From contig JBOEGD010000002.1 of NCBI GenBank assembly GCA_050633245.1, forward strand, positions 87,006 to 151,005: 64,000 bases of DNA, read 5' to 3'. The position numbers were made by a program, and so were the translations under genes. This DNA comes from Calditrichia bacterium (GTDB lineage Bacteria > Calditrichota > Calditrichia > RBG-13-44-9 > J075). This document shows, in pieces, positions 30,701 through 38,661 of the stretch; position 1 is the first letter of the stretch; each line of letters begins with the position of its first letter. The notes under the pieces were generated by a model, which saw only the letters and a list, made by a program, of their open reading frames with translations, had not been told where the DNA came from and did no database searches.

Positions 30701-33700
30701 GGAACATCCACAAAGTAGAGAAGATCCTGCGTTGCCCCTTGAGCAAGCGTAAAGGGAAAACCGGTGGTTTGCAGCGACGTTGGGAAGTTGTTGTTTCCCT
30801 GTCGCAAGGTTGAACCAGTCAGCAAGGCTGTTCCCTGACCGGTATTCGTCGCGCGAACGGTTACTGCAACATCAGTACGGCCCAAGGCTGCGCTATCCGG
30901 TACGGATACAATACTCTGCACCGAGAGATTAGCACGCTGAACAATCGTAAAGTTTCCTGGCGTAACGGAAGCACCGTTAACAGCAGTTGAGCTGGTCAGA
31001 TCGAGACCGCTGGCCGTGGCTGAGGCCTGAACCGGTCCAAAGTAGCTGGATGGATTGGCAATATCCAGCGTAAATTCTACGGCAACGGTCTCTCCACCCG
31101 GTAACTGCACAGGCAAGGAAGGAATTACCAATACATCGGTAATATTTGCACCGCCCACATCGTAACTTAAGCTCAACCCGTTAACGCTAACCGGAGACTG
31201 ACCACTATTCGTGAGTGTCGTTTGCAGCGACACACCGGTCTGTCCTTCTCCGACGGATGAAGGTGAAACAGTGATAGCTCCAAAGGCAAAAGCCGATGGC
31301 GTAAGGATATTCAGAGTATCGGGTACTACGGCACCGCTATCTGATAAGGCTTGTCCACTGGTTTGGTCGGTCGCGGTGTACCCGGCGTCTATTCCAACCG
31401 TGCCTGGCGTCATACCTGCATCAACATTCAACGTAAAATTATAGAGTGCTGTCGCTCCGGCAGCGATCGTTCCCAAAGGCGTATTTCGAATAAACGTGAT
31501 TCCCGTTCGTTCGGGTACCAGGTTCAGCGTATTTACCTGAACCGTACTCTGAGACAGATTCTTTAATTGCACATTGGCGCCGATACCATTTTGTCCCTGA
31601 GTTGCATTTTCCGGAGTGATTTGCACAAACTGGATTTGTAGCAACGTTGGGTCCGCACCAGTAATAATTCTAAGAGTATCCAATCCATCATAAGTAACGC
31701 TATAGGAATCGCCTGAAATTTCATCTGTAAACTGAGTTGTCACATCGATCGGGTCATTTCCAATGCTACTATTCGGATCGATATCAATGTTAAAAACGAA
31801 CTCTTCAATCTCGCCTTCATCCAAAGTTTGCGGAATAGTCGGCGCAGTTAAGGTTGCAGTGTGTCCGTTATTAAATGCAAGTGAAATATCTCCAGCATTA
31901 ATTAGGGCCGAACCCTGTCCATCATTTCGCAAGCTAAAGCGATAGTCTACATTTTGCAATCCGGGAGTAACAGTTTGCGGAGTAAGCACATTACTGGCGT
32001 TTACCAGAACGACTTCCGGCAAGCTGAGAACCGTGAATGTTGCCGTTGTCGGAGATGGATCGACCGTCTGCCCCGAGCCGGAGTTGTCGTCCGAAAAACC
32101 ATAGGAAATCTGCGCCGTCTCTAATCCAAGCTGGTAATCTGTACTAATTGGAATGACGAAGTTAATGGTGTCGCTACTGGCATTTGCAGCAAGCGTCAGT
32201 GGGAACAGAGTATTGTCTTCACTGATCGGCAGAATACCACCAAGTCCGCCGTTTACAGTCGACAAGCGTATACTGTCCGGCCGCGCCAAAGTAGCCGAGG
32301 CGTTTAAAGCTCCGCTATTCGTTAACACAACGGATGCCAGAACACCATCGGTTCCCTGCGTCGCACTATCTGGTTGAATACCAAAGAATGAAACCAATAC
32401 ATTTGGCGAGTTCTGAACCAGCATGCCACTCCCCGCAAAGGCAATTGTCGCATTGAATGGAGCGCCGTTTTCAGTTCCAGATAAGACCAATTGAATAGGA
32501 TAAGGCGTGCCGCTGGCTACAGATTGAACAACATACGGATCGAAAGCCAGTGTTACTGCATCCCCTGGCCCGCTACCCGGAGGAATCGAAGCACTCTGGG
32601 ATAGCGCAACAGAATCATCACCAAACACCAGAAATGAGCTCGTGTCATTTAGAACCGTTGTTAATCCACCCAGATTTAACAGCTCCGCTGAGAAGGAAAA
32701 AGAATCCCCATTCGTCACAACAGTTGGCGATACTCCCAAAACCGACAGATCAGCATTCTGCACGACAGCAAAATTCCAGGGGTTATTTGCCGAACCATCC
32801 GATATAACTGTCCCAGAGGTTGTCGTTCCGCTAAATTGCCCGTCAATGATATAGTTTCCGGGGGTGGCATTCCCGGGAACGGTAATAGTAAATCCAAACT
32901 GATTGTTCGGCGTATTCGGCAAGAGCTGAGTCGGGTTGTTGACAAATGCTGAAATAGAACTCTGCGGAAATCCCGAAATCGTTACTAGAGCAGTATTCAC
33001 ATTCACCGTGTCCGGGCCATCATTATTAACCGTCATGAATGCTTCAAAGACCGTTCCGCGTGCGTAAACGGTATTCGCTGCGGTAATATCTGTAATCTGA
33101 GAGCTGAAAATCCGCAATGAATTGGATGGCAAGACCAATTGGCCTGAAAGAACGTCATAAACATTCGACCCATTCAGGGTAACAATCGGAGCATAGCTGG
33201 AGTTAGCAAAATTCGGATTAACCTGAGTTGCGGTAAACGTAAGCTGTGTATTGCCACCAGCATTGAGCGTAACCGGCCCAGTCAAGGCCGCGCTGTAGCT
33301 ATTCGTTCCGTCTTCAAACTGAAAAAGCGTTGCAGCAGGATCGAGCACAACATTTCCATTGGACGCGGCAGCAGGCGTGGTGTTCGAAATGGACAACTGG
33401 AAGCTCACCACGCTGTCCGGGGAGACAGAAGCTGGCGAGAGACTATTCGCCACATAAAGAAGATGAAAAATATGTAGCTCAAGAGTCGTAACACCACTTA
33501 TCGTTGCATTATAAAATGAGGCCGTATTCGCAACGTCAGTTTTTACAATATTGGAAACACGCCCATCGGCTCCAGTTGTCAGTTGTAGATTTTCAAAACC
33601 AACGTTAAATCCTGCAGCACTGGTAAAATCAATAATGGTGTTTGGAGCCAGATTTCCAAAAGCATCACGTGCTTCTAAAATAACGGAGATGTTTTCTCCC

Positions 33701-36700
33701 GGCACCGCAGCAACAGAGTCGCTGGCAATCTGACGCATCGAAATTAAGTTTAATGAGACACCCGATCCGGCAGCCGCATCTGCTGTAACCGTAGCCGTTC
33801 GGGTCGGACTCGCCGTCAGCGTTGCCGTTAAGCTTTGAGTACCGACGGTATTGCCCAGCTGCCAGGTCGGAGAAATTTCACCGGAGCCGTTGGTTGTGCC
33901 GGACGGCGGAGTGATGATACCGCCTTGCGGAGAGCTGAAGTTCACTGCTGCTCCTGAGACAATATTTCCGAAACTATCCATCGCTCGGAAAACAATCGGA
34001 CTCCCTAACGTTTGCCCGACAGTACCGTTTTGTTCATCACCAGAGATGGCAACAATACTATCTACGGCAGCAGGTTGATTCGCCGTTCCGGTAAAGTTAA
34101 TAAACGTGGGTGTTGTTGTAGCGGTAGATGCCTGAACTGTGTACGCACCCAGCCTACTTCCCAGCGTCAACTGTGTGGATGCCTGACCTGAGGCATTTGT
34201 CGCCTGCGAGAAGACACTCAGCGACGCATTTTCTGCTCCGGAAGGTTGATTGGTGATTGCAAAGCTTACCAAGACTCCTTCTGCCGGGTTTCCATTAGCA
34301 TCTTCAACCTGAACGGTAAAGGAGTTTCCGAGCGTCGCCCCAACTGTTCCTGTGCCCGTAGTGCTTCCAACGGAGGCAAGCGTTGAAGCTGAGCCGGCAC
34401 TGACGAGAGCGTAATAGGTCAGGCTGTTCGGAACAGTAACACCACCGGAGAACTGTGCAGAGAGACTATCTGTGGTTGCAGTTCCGTGCACGGTCCATCG
34501 TGTTGCAGCTATTCCTTCAGCATTGGTAACAGCCGATACCGGATTGACGGAACCGCCGGCAAGTGGCGTAAAATCTATGCTTATACCGGACACCGGATTA
34601 GAGAAAGCGTCTTCAACGAAGACCTCTATATCTCTGGGCAATTCGCTATTTATAGGCGCTGCCTGACTATCAGAGGCAGCAATCTTTGTTAGCGTCGCAG
34701 GTGCGCCGGCAACCACACTAAGTGTAGAGGTCAGATCTGTTAAAGAGCCGCCGTTCTGTGTTGCTCGCAAGCGTCCATTTCCGACAGTCTGTGCTGTTAA
34801 CATAGTTGACGTCGCGGGACCACTCGTTGAAAGTACACCGATGCCATCACCTTCAATCGCCCAATTGGAAGAGACGAGCGAAACAAAATTCCCATCACTG
34901 TCATAACCTCCTGCAAAGGCAGTTAGCGTGGTACCGGCACTTAAAGTCGTCGTATCAATTTCAGAAGCCGCACCGGTTGCGCCATCCTGAATGCGAATCT
35001 GTGAAATCGCTCCAGACTGCACCGTTATTGTAGCTGTTGTATCATCTGCCAGTCCACTAATCGTACGAATCTGCCCGGACTGCGTTGTTGTGGGGGAGAA
35101 ATTTATCGAGCTGGCTGGTCCGGCAGGCACTCCGACTAATCCAATGCCAGCCCAGCTAACCGAAACATCGGCAAGATAATTTCCAAACGCATCGTAGGAA
35201 GCAGCAAAAAGGGTTATTGTGGTATCAGTATCGATAGTTAATGGTGTTGCCTCATAGGCGACACCACCATTGTTGGCAGCGCTACGAATTAAAATTGAGG
35301 CCGCTGTTCCTGCATTAACTGTAATGACGCCGGTCTGATCAAATACATTCGCATCGGAAACAGCTTCAGCCCGTATCACGCCATTTCCCGTTCCGGTAGC
35401 GGTAAACACAACGCTGTCTACGGCGTTCTGTGTTGCCGAACCGCCTTGAAATTCACCAAGCGTGGTCGGACTAACTGTCCAATTACTGCTAATGTTGCCA
35501 ATTCGATTATCATCGCTATCATAACCAACTGCAAAAACGGTTAACGTGGCTCCCACATCAAGCGATGGTACATTGCCAACCTCGGTACCGGCATCCAGGC
35601 TATCTGTCTGAATTTTAACAAAGGATAAAGCGCCGGCATTAACGGTAATCGTTCCGGTAAGCTCGGCAACAACACCGGGATTCCCCGGGATACTCAGCTG
35701 CAACACCCCGCTGCCGCTGGCTGCCGGGCTAAAGCTGATTGAGGAACCGGTAAAAGGAAATGTAAGCGGTGGAGAAGGCGTAAGCGTTCCGCTAGCAACC
35801 GCCCACTGCACCGTTGCAATATCTTCAATATAATTGCCAAACAGGTCGTAACCAGCTGCATACAGGTTCAACGTTTCGGTGGAGGCTATTGAAATATTCA
35901 CGCCACCAAGATCATTTCCAGTATTTCCTGCCTCGCTACGAACCCGCAGTTCAGCGACAGGCCCGGCCGTTACAGTAAGCAGTTCGGACGAGCCGGAACG
36001 ACTGTTATCGCTGTCCAGCTGCGCCAATACGGTGAACGTTCCAGCGGTGTTATCCGAAACCTGAATTGCATCGACAGAGTCATTGCTAAAGGTATAGGTG
36101 TTAGACGGGCTGAAGGTCGCAGTTGCCGAACCGACGGCGGACATGGTATAACTTTCTGAATTGACCACGCCATTGCCAAACACATCTCTCGCCACCACCT
36201 CTAAATTTAGCGGTGCGCTGGCAAGCACCGTGGATGAGCCAATTACGTTTATCTCAAAATAACTTATCTCACCACTCTTCAGCGGAATGGTTATGGTAGT
36301 GGTTACGCCACCAAAGCTCACCTGAATTTGGTCACTACCAACCGCAGTAGACGTGCTGGCACGATAATCGACTTCAGCGACACCCGTGGCATCGGTAGCA
36401 TCTGTGGTTGAGGTACCACCCGTTGTAAACTGAGCATCGCCGGTAAGAATTTGAAAGCTAACGGTGCTGTCCGGATGAATATTTCCAAAGGCGTCTACCA
36501 ATCGCACCTGGAGACGACGTGTTGCCCCGGCTTCAATGGAATCAGTAGATGAAACAATCTGAAATGCTGCCGGTGCTGCCGGAACCACGGTAATATTGGT
36601 GGAAACAGCATCCTTATTGGCATCTGTAATATCAAAAACACGGACATTGAAATTGCCAACGACATTATCTGTTACCGTTCGAACAAAGTTAGTTGCACCG

Positions 36701-38040
36701 GCAAAGCCGACGGTGTCCTGTGAGAAAGTCGCAGTTGAACTTCCCAATGCGCGAAAGGTAACCGACTCCGTATTATTGATAGGATTATCGAATTGATCGA
36801 GAGCTGTGACCGTCAAGTTTAAGGGAGTGCCCGCAGCAACTGTTGCCGACGCAGGAACGACGCTATAGCTTTCAACTTGTGATGATGACGTTACATTAAA
36901 TGAAGTACTTAGCGAGGCTCTTCCCGCTTCATTGAGATAGGTATAGGCATCGAAGTTTACAGCTGTTGCACCGGTTGTTGTCGGCACATTTGCCCGAAAA
37001 CTCACCGAAATGTCGTCGCGAATACTCAGTGGCGGAAGGCGAATAAACAAGCTGTCACTATTTGTATCGTAAAACCAGGTCGCCAGATTTGGAAAGAAAT
37101 TGTACTCTGCAACCGTCGGAGCTGTGTTTCGCTGAATAAAAAAGAACGAGTTTCCATCGACAAGAATAGTATCAATTATCGAGATGGGAGACGAAAACGG
37201 ATTGTCAATGCGGATCACATCGGCTTTCCCATTATCAACAAAAGAAGCCGTTGCCGTAAGAGATGTTGTTTCTAAACGAAACTGCTGTGCATTCGTTCCG
37301 GCTTCAGCAGATGTCGGAACAATGGCAGCAGTACCACTTAGATTCGACAGTGGGAAAAACAGCATCGCCAAACCTTCCGAAAGGACCGGATCGTTGGTTC
37401 CGTATTCTACTACATCAGCGCCAAAGCGAATCCCCTCGGTTGCATTTCGACCTATTTCATCATTCAACCCTGTTCCAAGGTCGAGATATTGCATTTTGAT
37501 CAGATTTGTCGTCTCATATAGAATTACCTGAAAAGTGAGGGTTCCGCTACTCGAATTCAGCTGAGCATTGCTCCACTCGATAATGTGCTTGCGGTACGGG
37601 GCGGTGCCAATCGTTTTGCTGTAAATCTGCCCGTTTACCGGACCGTTCAAAACCAAGTTATCCCAAAAGACCGCAATCAACTGATCAGGATCAGTGTTCG
37701 GAGGCAATGCATCATTGCTAGGAAAGCTGTTATTACCATAATCAGTAAACGTAACATAACCGTTTGTACTGACATACATGGTCGTAAATGACTGCGAATA
37801 AAAATCAAAAGTAAACGGCAGGTTTACGGTATACACTTCATTGTCATCACCGACATTGCCGATGACCGTTCCATCTGAAATTTCTATCCAGCCAAATTCA
37901 ACATTACCGGTATCAGCCCAGGCATAGCCGGCAGGACTGGGTGTTCCAATAATCTCCGCAAACGCAACCGTGTTAAATGCACAGAGCAGGGCGACAATAA
38001 TAAACGATTTTTTTATCACACGAATCATGGTGTGTTCCAT
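24715..38040 (-). CDS. Giant (4441 aa) secreted Ig-repeat surface protein/adhesin with N-terminal NIDO-like domain and C-terminal FlgD-Ig/T9SS-like sorting domain
   Basis: Signal peptide; LPFTFDFY..YVSTNGYVTF..IAVFWDNL..FQVILYE (nidogen-like); Big_1-like D.FGN repeats; CARDB-like P....G....N.G repeats; C-terminal NYPNPF...LRIYTLVGRLV...WDGMNGQGKRVTNGVY...KTKVVYIK. Confidence 0.9.
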   Translation of the reverse strand: MEHTMIRVIKKSFIIVALLCAFNTVAFAEIIGTPSPAGYAWADTGNVEFGWIEISDGTVIGNVGDDNEVYTVNLPFTFDFYSQSFTTMYVSTNGYVTFTDYGNNSFPSNDALPPNTDPDQLIAVFWDNLVLNGPVNGQIYSKTIGTAPYRKHIIEWSNAQLNSSSGTLTFQVILYETTNLIKMQYLDLGTGLNDEIGRNATEGIRFGADVVEYGTNDPVLSEGLAMLFFPLSNLSGTAAIVPTSAEAGTNAQQFRLETTSLTATASFVDNGKADVIRIDNPFSSPISIIDTILVDGNSFFFIQRNTAPTVAEYNFFPNLATWFYDTNSDSLFIRLPPLSIRDDISVSFRANVPTTTGATAVNFDAYTYLNEAGRASLSTSFNVTSSSQVESYSVVPASATVAAGTPLNLTVTALDQFDNPINNTESVTFRALGSSTATFSQDTVGFAGATNFVRTVTDNVVGNFNVRVFDITDANKDAVSTNITVVPAAPAAFQIVSSTDSIEAGATRRLQVRLVDAFGNIHPDSTVSFQILTGDAQFTTGGTSTTDATDATGVAEVDYRASTSTAVGSDQIQVSFGGVTTTITIPLKSGEISYFEINVIGSSTVLASAPLNLEVVARDVFGNGVVNSESYTMSAVGSATATFSPSNTYTFSNDSVDAIQVSDNTAGTFTVLAQLDSDNSRSGSSELLTVTAGPVAELRVRSEAGNTGNDLGGVNISIASTETLNLYAAGYDLFGNYIEDIATVQWAVASGTLTPSPPLTFPFTGSSISFSPAASGSGVLQLSIPGNPGVVAELTGTITVNAGALSFVKIQTDSLDAGTEVGNVPSLDVGATLTVFAVGYDSDDNRIGNISSNWTVSPTTLGEFQGGSATQNAVDSVVFTATGTGNGVIRAEAVSDANVFDQTGVITVNAGTAASILIRSAANNGGVAYEATPLTIDTDTTITLFAASYDAFGNYLADVSVSWAGIGLVGVPAGPASSINFSPTTTQSGQIRTISGLADDTTATITVQSGAISQIRIQDGATGAASEIDTTTLSAGTTLTAFAGGYDSDGNFVSLVSSNWAIEGDGIGVLSTSGPATSTMLTAQTVGNGRLRATQNGGSLTDLTSTLSVVAGAPATLTKIAASDSQAAPINSELPRDIEVFVEDAFSNPVSGISIDFTPLAGGSVNPVSAVTNAEGIAATRWTVHGTATTDSLSAQFSGGVTVPNSLTYYALVSAGSASTLASVGSTTGTGTVGATLGNSFTVQVEDANGNPAEGVLVSFAITNQPSGAENASLSVFSQATNASGQASTQLTLGSRLGAYTVQASTATTTPTFINFTGTANQPAAVDSIVAISGDEQNGTVGQTLGSPIVFRAMDSFGNIVSGAAVNFSSPQGGIITPPSGTTNGSGEISPTWQLGNTVGTQSLTATLTASPTRTATVTADAAAGSGVSLNLISMRQIASDSVAAVPGENISVILEARDAFGNLAPNTIIDFTSAAGFNVGFENLQLTTGADGRVSNIVKTDVANTASFYNATISGVTTLELHIFHLLYVANSLSPASVSPDSVVSFQLSISNTTPAAASNGNVVLDPAATLFQFEDGTNSYSAALTGPVTLNAGGNTQLTFTATQVNPNFANSSYAPIVTLNGSNVYDVLSGQLVLPSNSLRIFSSQITDITAANTVYARGTVFEAFMTVNNDGPDTVNVNTALVTISGFPQSSISAFVNNPTQLLPNTPNNQFGFTITVPGNATPGNYIIDGQFSGTTTSGTVISDGSANNPWNFAVVQNADLSVLGVSPTVVTNGDSFSFSAELLNLGGLTTVLNDTSSFLVFGDDSVALSQSASIPPGSGPGDAVTLAFDPYVVQSVASGTPYPIQLVLSGTENGAPFNATIAFAGSGMLVQNSPNVLVSFFGIQPDSATQGTDGVLASVVLTNSGALNASATLARPDSIRLSTVNGGLGGILPISEDNTLFPLTLAANASSDTINFVIPISTDYQLGLETAQISYGFSDDNSGSGQTVDPSPTTATFTVLSLPEVVLVNASNVLTPQTVTPGLQNVDYRFSLRNDGQGSALINAGDISLAFNNGHTATLTAPTIPQTLDEGEIEEFVFNIDIDPNSSIGNDPIDVTTQFTDEISGDSYSVTYDGLDTLRIITGADPTLLQIQFVQITPENATQGQNGIGANVQLKNLSQSTVQVNTLNLVPERTGITFIRNTPLGTIAAGATALYNFTLNVDAGMTPGTVGIDAGYTATDQTSGQALSDSGAVVPDTLNILTPSAFAFGAITVSPSSVGEGQTGVSLQTTLTNSGQSPVSVNGLSLSYDVGGANITDVLVIPSLPVQLPGGETVAVEFTLDIANPSSYFGPVQASATASGLDLTSSTAVNGASVTPGNFTIVQRANLSVQSIVSVPDSAALGRTDVAVTVRATNTGQGTALLTGSTLRQGNNNFPTSLQTTGFPFTLAQGATQDLLYFVDVPDNIVLNGPDSTIFLGARLQGSDVNTGAALETIQDNLETLTVSEPSDVAFDTLLSDQFYNTGATARVVVDLVNNGGSRLELDGNTQLRLQQTDDATVNIGIPIDLVTSDTTLNPGETVRIESQDIVLTIPGTFRLFIDVNGTTFGAAFSQEVNSSQNISVGGDLFVSQLTVIPNEVSPGDTSISIALLVQNNSLPATVESVDLTLAYAGGGALLIPITRVDTVTEIPQGTATFRWEFDLPLVSPGAIIASADFVLNGGAEQINYTDPGTSFTIVSGIDIAYVGGSISPDSVVNGEVVSFSARFSNSGNTTLLVDPSTSTLSFTDGGNAYQALVDGNFTIRGTQDIIPDTSIINFTSVALDTGFASGIYPVNYSIRGTLPNGDAFEGFDTTAATELTVLPDAEITVAGINIIPNDINRGQTGVQIEYTLRNDGGSPASISELTGVFSDSDNVDITFSWQPTGISPNFPVVISPGATATLTRDFTVLNSVPLGDITAYVTGRFSDTRKPLQSATYADTTVGDMVNVTTKAGLTFSGIITAPDGALDATVSTFQEFTWSLTVDRVPGTGALVPNDSTELRLDFSNRGFYFNEQLTDSTENIVLFPDTTVDVSIWAGSEPRFGGLEAVVIDTSRDASSGEPAVLNTRTLTQPMLIEDRADLTLELLAPSLVDTSNFTARAVVQNIGTAGIVPNLVTVILDTSGLNGIRLSPMTSDTLAVQLDQEDGTRGEVLLTFDGLFESTNDTLIASIAADTVVDANTSAIAFKSSPLDTAVITVINQVAAISNERISEPAGARDGVVSTSQEFLVKADYLFNPTVVDTNTIKSQIIVPDGYNGGNDTLETPLPFSNGSIEWSVIAPDIATPVQNIQLKFTGKRIASSDSIIIDNLLIPVQTVRRAELSVVGSILEPGGALDGVVSTEQFFDIKIEIPDSGQAGTVIDSTNLVTVALPSGYKFSDMQTETTLMIATDGADTLRVQAPDTATTSSGQIEFTLVKAAPDANTGVPAEVIDQTDRVGVVTVERAALTLSFDTNTQFSQNQTNIPVSVILNNTGTAITTPDSVLVRFAVDTLMTIVGGTLPEEREITEYIKLTNNVGQATFTLNALADTGDVNFTTTIIDSDVQDQNNNFPDTLAFFETPEVILPVVVGSGASVQVALAEIIEPAGAVDNTLSTGQRFVLRVEGAYTGNIAQEDLIAELLLPAGAGFLADTLVKTFKPDTTVFWEVFAPQVLQKDVSKTDAMPNTEEEEEAVKDGESSDKKAAPFTLKIAMRGEDGNNPGSVVVDELDFVLELVERANLVLESEIVSGVSNNTVSFGQEFVYQSVVRNNGEAEIGNTPQGQIRLELGDSLQVVQGDVQQPFAIGDSLTWTIRAAVSTQAAKVKDDIRIKSELHADVIRRLQSSQQVNEGGGSASDLLEKQQLEADIDDLYTQLSKFATQSFVRAIIDPVPFDVNTDAAAFVSVGKDSIGINIDEMPEISVLSVVAPQTVSTDQSFNVDVTIEAPGNVINRQATLFLPEGYQYATPGDSIRDFSGATTRWPIMAPENLPSGSESGTLKVLVTGIDRNNSSIIVKDSLTASVTTERRALIDLRSTTGQNLLRITQQQEFVINAVIKNLGVADVNGNGAVQLRVNSPEFQLTNGSTAVQNFTIDNAIDSAIVTWQLVAPADTNINTEIGIGFLGLPTDNNTSGTVDVQNDSLTFFINMIAGQVFVEKFSVERENNFFQGEPDVPAFGLEFTNPNRNETTQIRNFTLSLRDGANNEPILDPETLISRVRVVSEDFYLNSLAGKTPVQDVFGELQITSATANPFVVEFNPSAEVIDNLPTRLVVLMDLASGAPSRKFAMRLDDVRAEQEVGTFASSVEVIDKILDAPLNRLSLEFQSSFITVIDEERESLFRNYPNPFGQSTNFATGAADQGRTRFNFWMESAGTAELRIYTLVGRLVIALDEVTLPRGMSDGDLSWDGMNGQGKRVTNGVYAAVLRLRLDGGQTKELKTKVVYIK

Positions 38041-38501
38041 TACTTAAGATCAATTTCTATCGAGCGAATTAACTGTGCCGGCGCATCTGCCCGGCTATCG
38101 GTCTGACCGATTTCCAAACTATATGTATCTTCCTTGCTGTCCAGCAATACTACCACGCAACGAAGTGTTTGCGCCTGAGCCAGCAAGTCTTTAAGTCCAT
38201 CCAAGTCAATAATCAGAGATGCTTCATCATCCATCCAGTGGGCGGAACCGGCAACGGTTACGTCATCGGAAGAACGCTTCAACCATATTTGACGATCATC
38301 GAGCCACAGTTCCTGAAGCGCCACAGCCTGTCCGGTTTTATCGGCAATAGAGAGCAGCTGCTGTGAATTGTCCAGGTCGCCTACTGTGATATCAATTGCG
38401 ATACCGGATGCCAATTCGCTGCGCTGCACACTCATGGAGTTTTGGGCAAACAATGGCAAACCAAGTATGCCAAAAAAGACCACCATTAATACGTGTTTCA
38501 T
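38040..38501 (-). CDS. Small secreted hypothetical protein, translationally coupled to the giant protein
   Basis: Signal peptide ending LPLFA-Q; SD AGGAG; its TAA overlaps the next ATG at 38040. Confidence 0.8.
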   Translation of the reverse strand: MKHVLMVVFFGILGLPLFAQNSMSVQRSELASGIAIDITVGDLDNSQQLLSIADKTGQAVALQELWLDDRQIWLKRSSDDVTVAGSAHWMDDEASLIIDLDGLKDLLAQAQTLRCVVVLLDSKEDTYSLEIGQTDSRADAPAQLIRSIEIDLK

Positions 38502-38661
38502 AGATACTCCTGTCAGAGAGTCATTTTGCGTACATGTATATTTAGCCTAAAAAAGGCCAATTTTGCTGTTCATACAACCAGCAAACAAGATATTCCCGGA
38601 AATAGATGGAGGCGGTGATTGCTGTCACCGGGACAAAAACTACTATGAACCGTCCTAAGCT

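Noticed and set aside
24715-38040. Polymorphic toxin (RHS/CdiA/RTX/MARTX) interpretation of the giant ORF
   Set aside because: No YD/RHS core, haemagglutinin or GGxGxD repeats, no toxin tip or downstream immunity gene. The C-terminus is a sorting domain.
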